64,000 bases of DNA, from NCBI GenBank assembly GCA_001784175.1, contig MFPR01000037.1:23959-87958 (forward strand). The letters run 5' to 3'. A program made the translations under genes and the position numbers. The DNA comes from Candidatus Lindowbacteria bacterium RIFCSPLOWO2_12_FULL_62_27 (lineage in GTDB: Bacteria > Lindowbacteria > 2-12-FULL-62-27). Of this stretch, positions 19,077 to 27,297 are shown in pieces; the first letter of the stretch is position 1, and each line of letters begins with the position of its first letter. Below the pieces are notes generated by a model. That model saw only the letters and a list, made by a program, of their open reading frames with translations, was not told the origin of the DNA and did not search any database.

Positions 19077-20282
19077 ATGATCAACATCTCAACGCTTTAT
19101 GCCGGACAACTGAACGAGTCTGACCTCGTACGATACGCCAAACCGGCCGACCCCCGGGACATCCGGCCGATTGTGGTGATGAACCTCACGCGCCGGTGCA
19201 ATCTCCGGTGCATTCACTGTTACTCCGACTCGGACGGCCGCCTGGCGCCGGGGGAGCTGACGACGGACGAGGTCCGGGCCGTTCTGGAGGATCTGGCCGC
19301 CTATGGCGTGAAGTTCGTGTTGTTCTCCGGCGGCGAGCCGCTGACGCGGCCGGACATTTTCGATCTTGCGCGCCACGCGATCCGGCTGCATCTTCGCGTG
19401 ACGCTTTCGACGAACGGCACGCTGATTACGCCGAAGATGGCGAGGAAGATCGCCGAGGCGGGATTTTCCTACGTCGGCGTGTCTTTTGACGGGCTCGGCG
19501 CCGTTAACGACGCCTTTCGCGGCGCGCCGGGCGCGTTTGAGCAGGCGAAACGCGGCATGCGCCACATCGCCGCGCTGGGTGTCCGCGCCGGCCTCCGGCT
19601 GACCCTCACCAAACACACGGTCGACGATCTCGACAGCGTCCTGCAGTTCATCGAGCAGGAGCCGATCAGCCGCGCCTGTTTTTATCACCTGGCCTATGCC
19701 GGCCGCGGCGATCTCATCCGGCCGGACGACCTGCCGGCCTGGAAGCGCCGGGCGGCGATCGACAAGCTCTGCGAGGTCGCGCGGCGGTTTGCGGACGGCG
19801 ATGTCCGCAAGGAGATTCTGACGGTGGACAATCATTCCGACGGGCCGTACCTCTACCTGAAACTGCTCGGCGAAAATCCGGTGCGCGCGGCGCAGGTGAA
19901 AGAGCGGCTGGAACGTCACGGCGGCGCGCGGACGAGTTCGGGCGTGGGTCTTGCCGAGATCGACTGGGCGGGCCATATTCATCCCGACCAATTTTCGATG
20001 CACCGCACCATCGGCAGCGTGCGAACCACGCCCTTTTCGCAGATCTGGTCCAATCCGGTGGATCCCTATCACCGGCAGCTTCAGGACCGGCTCGCGCATT
20101 TGAAAGACCGCTGTGCCGGATGCCGGTTCAAGACGATGTGCGGCGGGGGTCTCCGGTGCCGCGCCGAGGCCGCGACCGGCGACCCGTGGGCGCCCGATCC
20201 GGCGTGTCTCCTGACGGACGATGAAATTTCCCCTGAGAGCCCGGCCGAACCGGCTGGAGCAATTGCGGAAAGGAGGTCCTGA
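19077..20282 (+). CDS. Radical SAM/SPASM protein, NirJ/AhbC-like
   Basis: MINISTLYAG...RYAK...RPIVVMNLTRRCNLRCIHCYS (CxxxCxxC) and a C-terminal SPASM-type Cys cluster (CAGCRFKTMCGGGLRCRA...DPAC). The N-terminus resembles my recollection of AhbC/NirJ homologues. Confidence 0.8.
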   Translation: MINISTLYAGQLNESDLVRYAKPADPRDIRPIVVMNLTRRCNLRCIHCYSDSDGRLAPGELTTDEVRAVLEDLAAYGVKFVLFSGGEPLTRPDIFDLARHAIRLHLRVTLSTNGTLITPKMARKIAEAGFSYVGVSFDGLGAVNDAFRGAPGAFEQAKRGMRHIAALGVRAGLRLTLTKHTVDDLDSVLQFIEQEPISRACFYHLAYAGRGDLIRPDDLPAWKRRAAIDKLCEVARRFADGDVRKEILTVDNHSDGPYLYLKLLGENPVRAAQVKERLERHGGARTSSGVGLAEIDWAGHIHPDQFSMHRTIGSVRTTPFSQIWSNPVDPYHRQLQDRLAHLKDRCAGCRFKTMCGGGLRCRAEAATGDPWAPDPACLLTDDEISPESPAEPAGAIAERRS

Positions 20283-20287
20283 ATATT

Positions 20288-20476
20288 ATGGAGTTTGAAA
20301 GGATGGCGAAGTGTCCGTATCAGAAAGGCAAGAATACGATCCTTTGCGAAGCCATGGAACTGATGGTGCCGAGCATCGAAGAGGAAAAACAATACTGCGA
20401 GGGCGATTTCAGGAACTGTCCTTACTACCAGAGGGCCTGGTTGCTCGATATGAAAAAGGAAACGAACTCGGTGTGA
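20288..20476 (+). CDS. Small four-cysteine protein or peptide of unknown function
   Basis: 62 aa, MEFERMAKCPYQKGKNTILCEAMELMVPSIEEEKQYCEGDFRNCPYYQRAWLLDMKKETNSV. Lys/Glu-rich and AT-richer than its flanks, so it does not look like a high-GC artefact ORF. AGGAGG lies upstream, and its TGA overlaps the ATG of the next gene (TGATG). Confidence 0.65.
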   Translation: MEFERMAKCPYQKGKNTILCEAMELMVPSIEEEKQYCEGDFRNCPYYQRAWLLDMKKETNSV

Positions 20477-21750
20477 TGAACCCGGACCCGGCACCCGTTC
20501 GGGACACAGGCGGCGCGCCCGCGGGCCGGGTCAGCGCCTCCGGCGCCCCAAGTGCCGGCGTCTCCGACGCCGGCCGGACACTGGCTTGGAAGGAGCGGCC
20601 GGTGCCGTCCGTCGATTTCAACCGCGCGCCCTACACCGTCATCTGGGAAGTCACCCGGGCCTGCGACCTTTGCTGTATCCACTGCCGGGCCTCCGCGCAG
20701 AAGGCGCGCGATTCCGGGGAACTGACGCTCGCGGAAGGATACCGGCTGCTGGACAGCATCGCCGAATTCGGATCGCCCGTCTTCGTGATCACCGGCGGCG
20801 ATCCCATGAAACGCGCGGACCTCGAAGACATCATCGGCTACGCCGCGCGGGACAAGGGACTCCGGACGTCGCTCACGCCGTCCGCCACGCCGCTGGTCAC
20901 GCGGGACCGGCTGGCCTCCATCAAAGCCGCCGGGATCGCACGGATCGCCCTGTCGCTCGACGGGCCGCGCGCGGCCGTTCACGACGCGTTCCGCGGCGAG
21001 CGCGGGTGTTTCGACCGCACCATCGAGATCATCCGGCACATGCAGGACCTCGAGATTCCCCTGCAGATCAACACGACCGTGGCCAAACCGAACGTCGCGG
21101 ACCTCGTCGAAATTGCGCGGCGGGTCGAAGGATTCGGCGCCGTCCAGTGGAGCGTGTTTTTCCTGGTGCCGATGGGCCGCGGCAAGCGGGAGGACATGAT
21201 TTCGGCGGCCCAGCATGAGCGGATTTTTCACTGGCTTTGCGATTTGAAGCACAAGGTGTCCTTTGACATCAAAGTCACCGCCGCGCAGCATTTCCGCCGC
21301 GTGGCCATCCAGCGGGAGCGCCGGGCCGGCCGCGCGATGCGGACGGACGAGCGGGGCTGCTACCTCGAGGTGAGCGGCGCCGGTTTCCAGTACACCGATG
21401 GCATCCAGCGGCCGACGCAGGGCGTGAACGACGGCAAGGGCCTCGTGTTCATCTCGCATGTCGGCGACGTCTACCCGAGCGGATTTCTGCCGATCCGGGC
21501 GGGCAACGTGCGCGGGCAAAGCGTGGTCGATATTTATCGAAACAGTTTCATCTTTCACGAGCTGCGCGATCCCAACAAACTCAGGGGCAAGTGCGGCGTC
21601 TGCGAGTACCGCGTGGTCTGCGGCGGAAACCGCGCGCGCGCATGGGCCATGACCGGAGACGCGCTCGCCGAAGAACCCATGTGCGTCTACGTGCCGCCGC
21701 TCCAACGCGCCGGTGCTCCTTCTATTCCAGATGGCGAATTGATAAGCTAA
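20476..21750 (+). CDS. Radical SAM/SPASM protein, AhbD/NirJ-like
   Basis: FNRAPYTVIWEVTRACDLCCIHCRA (CxxxCxxC) and a C-terminal SPASM cluster (CGVCEYRVVCGGNRARA...PMC). Start trimmed to ATG 20476. Confidence 0.8.
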   Translation: MNPDPAPVRDTGGAPAGRVSASGAPSAGVSDAGRTLAWKERPVPSVDFNRAPYTVIWEVTRACDLCCIHCRASAQKARDSGELTLAEGYRLLDSIAEFGSPVFVITGGDPMKRADLEDIIGYAARDKGLRTSLTPSATPLVTRDRLASIKAAGIARIALSLDGPRAAVHDAFRGERGCFDRTIEIIRHMQDLEIPLQINTTVAKPNVADLVEIARRVEGFGAVQWSVFFLVPMGRGKREDMISAAQHERIFHWLCDLKHKVSFDIKVTAAQHFRRVAIQRERRAGRAMRTDERGCYLEVSGAGFQYTDGIQRPTQGVNDGKGLVFISHVGDVYPSGFLPIRAGNVRGQSVVDIYRNSFIFHELRDPNKLRGKCGVCEYRVVCGGNRARAWAMTGDALAEEPMCVYVPPLQRAGAPSIPDGELIS

Positions 21751-21760
21751 CATTCAGCGT

Positions 21761-23194
21761 ATGGACGGGACCTTGAACGTGTCACCGCCGAAAATCATCC
21801 AGGGAGGCATGGGCGCCGGCGTTTCGTGGTGGATGCTGGCCCAGGCCGTGTCGAAACTCGGCCAGCTCGGCGTCGTGTCCGGCACCGCCATCGACCTCAT
21901 CCTCGCGAGGCGCCTGCAGGACGGTGACGCGGGCGGCCACATTCGCCGCGCGCTCGATCATTTTCCGTTTCCTGACGTGGCGGCCCGCGTGTGGGACAAG
22001 TACCACGTCGTGGGCGGCAAGCCGGCCGATCAACCCTACAAGTCCGTGCCGATGCATTCCCAGAAACCGTCGCGGGAAATCGTGGAGCTTTGCATCGTGG
22101 CGAATTTCGTGGAAGTGTTTCTCGCGCGCGAAGGGCACGAGAATCCGGTCGGCATCAATTTTCTCGAGAAAATACAACTCCCCCATCTGCCGTCCATCTA
22201 CGGTGCCATGCTGGCCGGCGTCACCTACATCCTCATGGGCGCCGGCATCCCGACGCGGATCCCCGGCGTTCTGGACCGCTTCGCCCATCAGGAATCCGCC
22301 ACCTACAGCATCCATGTGAGCGGCGCGAACAACGGCTGCGAGACGTCCATGGTCTTCGATCCGCGCGAGTACTTGAAAGGCAGCCTGCCGGAGCTTCAGC
22401 GGCCTTATTTTCTGCCCATCATCGCCTCCAACGCGCTCGCCGCCCTCATGCTGCAAAAATCCAACGGGCGCGTGGACGGATTCGTGATCGAAGGCCCCAC
22501 CGCCGGCGGGCACAACGCGCCGCCCCGCGGGAAACTGCACCTGTCGGAATCGGGCGAGCCGATTTACGGGGAGCGGGACATCGTCGATTACGGCAAGATC
22601 CGGGAGTTGGGCCTCCCGTTCTGGATCGCGGGCGGCTACGCGTCGTCGCAGAAACTGCGCGAGGCCCTGGCGGTCGGCGCGGCCGGAATTCAGGTCGGAA
22701 CCGCATTCGCCTTTTGCGAGGAATCGGGAATGAAGCGGGAGTACAGAGAACATCTCTTGAATGAGTCCCGCGCGGGTCGCGCGCGCGTGTTCACGGACGC
22801 CATTGCCTCGCCCACCGGATTTCCGTTCAAAGTCGCGCAAATGGAGAACTCGGTGTCGGAGGCCGGGACCTATCAGGGCCGCAACCGCATCTGCGACCTC
22901 GGATATTTGCGCGAGACCTACGGCAAACCCGACGGCTCGCTCGGGTATCGTTGCCCGTCCGAGCCGGTGGATATCTATCTGTCGAAGGGCGGCGCGGTGG
23001 AGAGCACGGTGGGGCGGAAATGCCTCTGCAACGCCCTCATGGCCAACATCGGCATGGCGCAGACTCGCAAGGACGGCTACATGGAACAGCCGCTGATCAC
23101 CTGCGGCGATGATCTGGCCGGCATCGCCCGGTTTATGCGGCCTGGCGGAGGCTCCTACTCGGCCGCGGATGTCATCGCGGAGCTCCTGTCATGA
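21761..23194 (+). CDS. Nitronate monooxygenase (NMO/2-nitropropane dioxygenase) family FMN protein, long form
   Basis: 477 aa with IIQGGMGAGVS...LGVVSG and ...GFVIEGPTAGGH...IAGGYAS, typical NMO TIM-barrel motifs. Confidence 0.75.
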   Translation: MDGTLNVSPPKIIQGGMGAGVSWWMLAQAVSKLGQLGVVSGTAIDLILARRLQDGDAGGHIRRALDHFPFPDVAARVWDKYHVVGGKPADQPYKSVPMHSQKPSREIVELCIVANFVEVFLAREGHENPVGINFLEKIQLPHLPSIYGAMLAGVTYILMGAGIPTRIPGVLDRFAHQESATYSIHVSGANNGCETSMVFDPREYLKGSLPELQRPYFLPIIASNALAALMLQKSNGRVDGFVIEGPTAGGHNAPPRGKLHLSESGEPIYGERDIVDYGKIRELGLPFWIAGGYASSQKLREALAVGAAGIQVGTAFAFCEESGMKREYREHLLNESRAGRARVFTDAIASPTGFPFKVAQMENSVSEAGTYQGRNRICDLGYLRETYGKPDGSLGYRCPSEPVDIYLSKGGAVESTVGRKCLCNALMANIGMAQTRKDGYMEQPLITCGDDLAGIARFMRPGGGSYSAADVIAELLS

Positions 23195-24165
23195 AACAGA
23201 CCTCCCGCATGCTGGTCGTCCTCACGGCGCTGACGCTGTCGGTGCTGGTGTGGGGCGTGTTTCAGTTGGTCGTGTCGAACTATTTTCTGGAGTTCACCAT
23301 CCAGGAGGTCCACGCGATGTTTGTGTCCCACGGCCTGGTCTGCGCGGTGCTTCTGTCGGCATGGGCCGCCTTTTTCATCCTGCGCAGCCGCAAAAAATTC
23401 GAGGCGGAGATTGCCGAAAAGGAGGCGCAGTTCGACGACCGCATGGCCCAGGCCGAAAAAATGGCCGCGATCGGCCAGATCGCCGCCGGCGTCGCCCACC
23501 AGTTGAACACGCCCCTCGGATCGATCATGCTCACGGCCGAGATGATCGCCGAGGAAGTCAACGGCAACGCGGAACTCAAGGAGGAATCGCGGAAGATCAT
23601 CCGCAACGCCAATTATTGCAAGGGCGTTGTCCGGAACCTCCTCCTCTACGCCAAACCGCAGAAGCAGGAATTCAAGGAGGAGAGCGTCTGTTTCATCATC
23701 CGCCGGACGGTTTCCCTCTTCGACCATGAAATGAAGAAGCGCGGCATCCGGATGAATATGTCGGTCGACTGCAAGGAGTGCGCGGTCTTCTGCAACGGCA
23801 ACCTCATCGAACAGCTCATCTTCAATCTTCTCCAAAACGCCGTCGACGCCCAGCCGAACGGCGGGGAAATCTCGATCCGCACGATCATTCCGGGCGACGG
23901 GAGTCTCAAGATTTCCGTGCGCGACGCCGGGCCGGGCATTTCCGGAGACGTCCTGCCGCACATTTTCGAGCCGTTTTACACGACCAAGTCGGTGGAAAAG
24001 GGAACCGGCCTTGGGCTTGCGATCGCGAAACGCATCGCCGAAGATCACGGCGGCGTCATCGACGTCGAATCGGCGGGAAAGGGGTCGTCCTTCACGGTGA
24101 CCCTCCCGGCGCGGCCGGCGTCTCCGACGCCGGCCGGGGCGCCGCATTTCCATGACCACGCCTAA
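23191..24165 (+). CDS. Sensor histidine kinase (two TM helices, minimal loop)
   Basis: H-box AAGVAHQLNTPLGSI and HATPase motifs (LLQNAVDA, DAGPGI, GTGLGLAIAKRI). ATGA overlap with the NMO gene stop. Confidence 0.85.
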   Translation: MKQTSRMLVVLTALTLSVLVWGVFQLVVSNYFLEFTIQEVHAMFVSHGLVCAVLLSAWAAFFILRSRKKFEAEIAEKEAQFDDRMAQAEKMAAIGQIAAGVAHQLNTPLGSIMLTAEMIAEEVNGNAELKEESRKIIRNANYCKGVVRNLLLYAKPQKQEFKEESVCFIIRRTVSLFDHEMKKRGIRMNMSVDCKECAVFCNGNLIEQLIFNLLQNAVDAQPNGGEISIRTIIPGDGSLKISVRDAGPGISGDVLPHIFEPFYTTKSVEKGTGLGLAIAKRIAEDHGGVIDVESAGKGSSFTVTLPARPASPTPAGAPHFHDHA

Positions 24166-25504
24166 TTCCATGCGCATTCTGATCGTCGAAGACGACCCGG
24201 ACATGCTGTCCAGTTGCGAGCGGCTCCTGAAGCGGGCCGGCTACAAGACGCTGGTGGCGCCGAGCGGGGAGGCGGCGGTCAAGGAACTGGAGGAAGGCGC
24301 CGATCTCGTCCTCACCGATCTTCGAATGCCGTCCCCGATGGATGGCATCGGGCTTCTGAAATGGATGGCCAAAAACAGGCCCGGCCTTCCGGTGATCCTC
24401 ATGACGGGGTACGGCAGCGTCAAGAATGCCGTCGAAGCGATGAAACTCGGCGCGGCGGACTACATCACCAAGCCCTTCACCAAGGAGGAACTGCTCGCCA
24501 CCGTCGGCCGGTTCAGCGAAAAACGGAAACTCGAATCCGAGGTCCGCAAACTCCGCCAGGAAATCCGCCGCACGGTCAGCCTCGAAGGCATTGTCGGAAA
24601 ATCCAGCGCGATGCGCGCCGTCTTTGAAAAAATATCCGCCGCCGCGCGGGTCGACAGCCCCGTCCTCATTCTGGGGGAAAGCGGCACCGGCAAGGAAATG
24701 GTGGCGCGCGCCGTCCACGAACAGAGCCCGCGGTCGAAATCCCCGTTCGTTCCCGTCAACTGCGGCGCCCTGCCGAGGGAACTCATTGAAAGCGAACTCT
24801 TCGGCCACAAAAAGGGCGCCTTCACGTCGGCCGTCGCCGACCACGACGGCATGTTCTTCGCGGCCGACAAGGGCACGCTCTTTTTGGACGAGATCGGCGA
24901 GATGGCGCCGACGGCCCAGGTGAAACTTCTGCGGGCGCTCCAGGAGAAAACCATCCGGCCCGTGGGCGACAGCCGGGAAAAATCGGTCGACGCGCGGATC
25001 CTCGCCGCCACCAATCAAAACATCGAACACGCGATCGAATCCAAACAGATCCGCGAGGACCTCTATTACCGCCTTTCCGTCATCACCATCCAGATCCCGG
25101 CCCTGCGGGACCGCCGGGAGGACATCCCGCTTTTGATTTCGCATTTCACCGAACGGTTCAACACGGCGTTCGGCCGGAGCGTTGCGGGCGTGTCGGCGGA
25201 TGCCGTGGACATCCTTCAGTCCCATCCGTGGCCGGGTAACGTGCGGCAGCTCGAAAACGTGATCGAAGGATGCTTCGCGATGGGCGTCGCCGAACGGATC
25301 GATGCGGCGGACCTGCCGGCCACGATCCGCGTGGCGACCGCTGCGCATGTGGGCGAGGTGCCGAAACTCACAGAATCGGAGAAAGTCCTGATCGAGCGCG
25401 CGCTCAAGGCGTCCAGCGGCAACAAATCGCATGCGGCGCGGATTCTCGGGATCTCGCGGACCCGGCTCTACAACAAGATCGAAACCTACAAGATCGAGGA
25501 GTGA
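24152..25504 (+). CDS. Sigma-54-dependent response regulator (NtrC family)
   Basis: REC domain (MRILIVEDDPDM...LTDLRMP), AAA+ domain (GESGTGKE, GAFTSA loop, LFLDEIGEM) and a C-terminal Fis-type HTH (AARILGISRTRLYNKI). Confidence 0.9.
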   Translation: MTTPNSMRILIVEDDPDMLSSCERLLKRAGYKTLVAPSGEAAVKELEEGADLVLTDLRMPSPMDGIGLLKWMAKNRPGLPVILMTGYGSVKNAVEAMKLGAADYITKPFTKEELLATVGRFSEKRKLESEVRKLRQEIRRTVSLEGIVGKSSAMRAVFEKISAAARVDSPVLILGESGTGKEMVARAVHEQSPRSKSPFVPVNCGALPRELIESELFGHKKGAFTSAVADHDGMFFAADKGTLFLDEIGEMAPTAQVKLLRALQEKTIRPVGDSREKSVDARILAATNQNIEHAIESKQIREDLYYRLSVITIQIPALRDRREDIPLLISHFTERFNTAFGRSVAGVSADAVDILQSHPWPGNVRQLENVIEGCFAMGVAERIDAADLPATIRVATAAHVGEVPKLTESEKVLIERALKASSGNKSHAARILGISRTRLYNKIETYKIEE

Positions 25505-25536
25505 GTCCGGCGGAGAGACGTGCCGGACTTCGGCGG

Positions 25537-26007
25537 ATGGCCATGGCAATCATCGCCCTGACGGGTGTCGCCTGCGGCGCCGCGCCCGCCCTGACCCCCG
25601 TCACGTCCGAAGGTCTGCTCGAGCGCGTGCGGGAGTTCCGTGGCCGGAAGGCGGTGGTGGTCCATGTATGGGCCACGTGGTGCGCGCCGTGCGTCAAGGA
25701 GTTTCCGGAATTCGTCCGGATGGCGCAGGCACGGGCGGACCGGATCGCGGTTATTTTCGTCTCCGCCGACTTTCCGAAGGACGCGGACAGGGTCCGGGAG
25801 TTTCTGGCGGCGCAGGGTGTGACGCGGGAATCGTACATCAAGTCCGAATCAGATCAGAAATTCATCTCCGCGCTTTCGGATCAATGGACCGGCGCTCTCC
25901 CGGCGACCTTCGTGTTCGACACCTCCGGCGCGCTCGTGGCGTTCGCCGAAGAGGCCTTGCCGGAAGGGGGAGTTTCGCAGTATATTGAAGAGGTGTTGAA
26001 TCCATAA
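25537..26007 (+). CDS. TlpA/ResA-like thiol:disulfide oxidoreductase (secreted)
   Basis: Signal-like N-terminus MAMAIIALTGVACG and thioredoxin motif WATWCAPCVKEFPEF. Trimmed from the longer ORF 25270. Confidence 0.8.
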   Translation: MAMAIIALTGVACGAAPALTPVTSEGLLERVREFRGRKAVVVHVWATWCAPCVKEFPEFVRMAQARADRIAVIFVSADFPKDADRVREFLAAQGVTRESYIKSESDQKFISALSDQWTGALPATFVFDTSGALVAFAEEALPEGGVSQYIEEVLNP

Positions 26008-26026
26008 CACAGGGAGGATGATTTCA

Positions 26027-26692
26027 ATGAAACTGACATACCGCATGGGTGCGACGGTTCTCGCGCTGTCTGCCGCCGCGTTTCTCGCGGCCGGTCCGGC
26101 CGGCGCCGAGCGCATGAACAAAAAAGCCAAGGGCGGCGCCAAGGCGTCGCAACAGGAGGAGCTGGCCATTGGCTCTGCCGCGCCCATGGCCGACCGGAAA
26201 ATGACCGATGTGTCCGGCAAGAAGCTGTCTCTCAAGTCGATCGCGGGACCCACCGGTCTCTTGGTCGTTTTCTCCTGCAACACGTGTCCCTTTGTTCTCG
26301 CGTGGGAGGACCGCTACGCGCAACTCGCCGCGCAGTCCGCCCAGGCGGGCGTCGGGATGGTCCTGGTCAACTCGAACGAAGGCAAACGGAACGGAGACGA
26401 TTCGCTCGACGCGATGAAGGCGCACGCGAAGGACCGGGAATACGCGGTCCCCTATCTCGTCGACGCCCGGTCGGAACTGGCCGACGCATTCGGCGCGTCC
26501 CGCACGCCGCATGTGTTCTTGTTTGACAGGGACCTCAAACTCGTCTATCGCGGCGCCATTGACGACAACAGCGAGAACGCAAAAAAGGTCAAGGAGGATT
26601 ACGTGGCCGACGCGATCGGCTCGCTCGTCGCGGGCGAGGAGGTTGAAATCAAAACCACCCGGTCGATCGGATGTTCGATCAAGAGGAAGTGA
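26027..26692 (+). CDS. Secreted thioredoxin-fold (redoxin/AhpC-TSA-like) protein
   Basis: Signal peptide MKLTYRMGATVLALSAAAFLAAGPAGA and the motif LLVVFSCNTCPFV. GGGAGG lies 9 nt upstream of ATG 26027 and only abuts ATG 26018. Confidence 0.75.
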   Translation: MKLTYRMGATVLALSAAAFLAAGPAGAERMNKKAKGGAKASQQEELAIGSAAPMADRKMTDVSGKKLSLKSIAGPTGLLVVFSCNTCPFVLAWEDRYAQLAAQSAQAGVGMVLVNSNEGKRNGDDSLDAMKAHAKDREYAVPYLVDARSELADAFGASRTPHVFLFDRDLKLVYRGAIDDNSENAKKVKEDYVADAIGSLVAGEEVEIKTTRSIGCSIKRK

Positions 26693-26794
26693 GTCCGGCG
26701 GGCACTCAAAAAAAAGAGAGAGCTCGGAATTGAAACGCCGGCCCAAGCTCTCTGAAACTGAAACGGGATATGATGGTATAGATCAAGTCAGACT

Positions 26795-26830
26795 GTAATC
26801 CGGTGCCGACGCGAATCGGTACGGGATTAT
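26795..26830. terminator. Hairpin between convergent genes (possible bidirectional terminator)
   Basis: GTAATCCGGTGCCGA-cgcgaa-TCGGTACGGGATTAT forms a 15-bp stem with one mismatch and two G-U pairs. It lies between the thioredoxin-fold gene (+) and flgM (-). There is no strong U-tract. Confidence 0.45.
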
Positions 26831-26842
26831 GTTCTGTGACGC

Positions 26843-27148
26843 TTATTTCAACAACAGATTTGCGATTTTCTCCGCGATCTCATCCACGACTTTCGGTGAA
26901 AGATAATTTCCGCCCAGGATGCGCTCTCTGGCCGCCTCGACCCTCTCCCTGCGAACCAAATCCGGAACTGCCTTGACGCTATCCACCGCGCGCTGAACGC
27001 TGGCCGCCTCACGGGCCGTCTTGCTGATTTCGACGGAATCGCCCGTTTTGGATGTATCCACCGCATCGGCGCGTTTCTCGACGCCTCGGTTCTTGATATT
27101 CTGCGGTTTCTGGACTTCCTGTCCGCCTTGAATCGGCTCCACGACCAT
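26843..27148 (-). CDS. flgM: Anti-sigma-28 factor FlgM
   Basis: 101 aa with an ...GDSVEISKTA... segment and a C-terminal ...RVEAARERILGGNYLSPKVVDEIAEKI typical of FlgM. Confidence 0.8.
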   Translation of the reverse strand: MVVEPIQGGQEVQKPQNIKNRGVEKRADAVDTSKTGDSVEISKTAREAASVQRAVDSVKAVPDLVRRERVEAARERILGGNYLSPKVVDEIAEKIANLLLK

Positions 27149-27172
27149 GTGAGTGACCTCCTCTAGTCTTCT

Positions 27173-27200
27173 TTATCGGCAGGGTAGGCCGAAAACTTTA
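27173..27200 (-). promoter_or_regulatory. Sigma-28 (FliA)-type promoter of flgM
   Basis: Minus strand reads TAAA-N16-GCCGATAA (cTAAAGTTTTCGGCCTACCCTGCCGATAAAG). It ends about 25 nt upstream of the flgM ATG, which has a GAGGAGG RBS. Confidence 0.6.
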
Positions 27201-27297
27201 GAAGCATGTTAATCTATTGATGGTGAGGAAATTCCGTCAAAACTTAACAACTTACGGTCTGGCCCCAGTCTGAGTCTGGTTGATTTTACCGTGTTTT

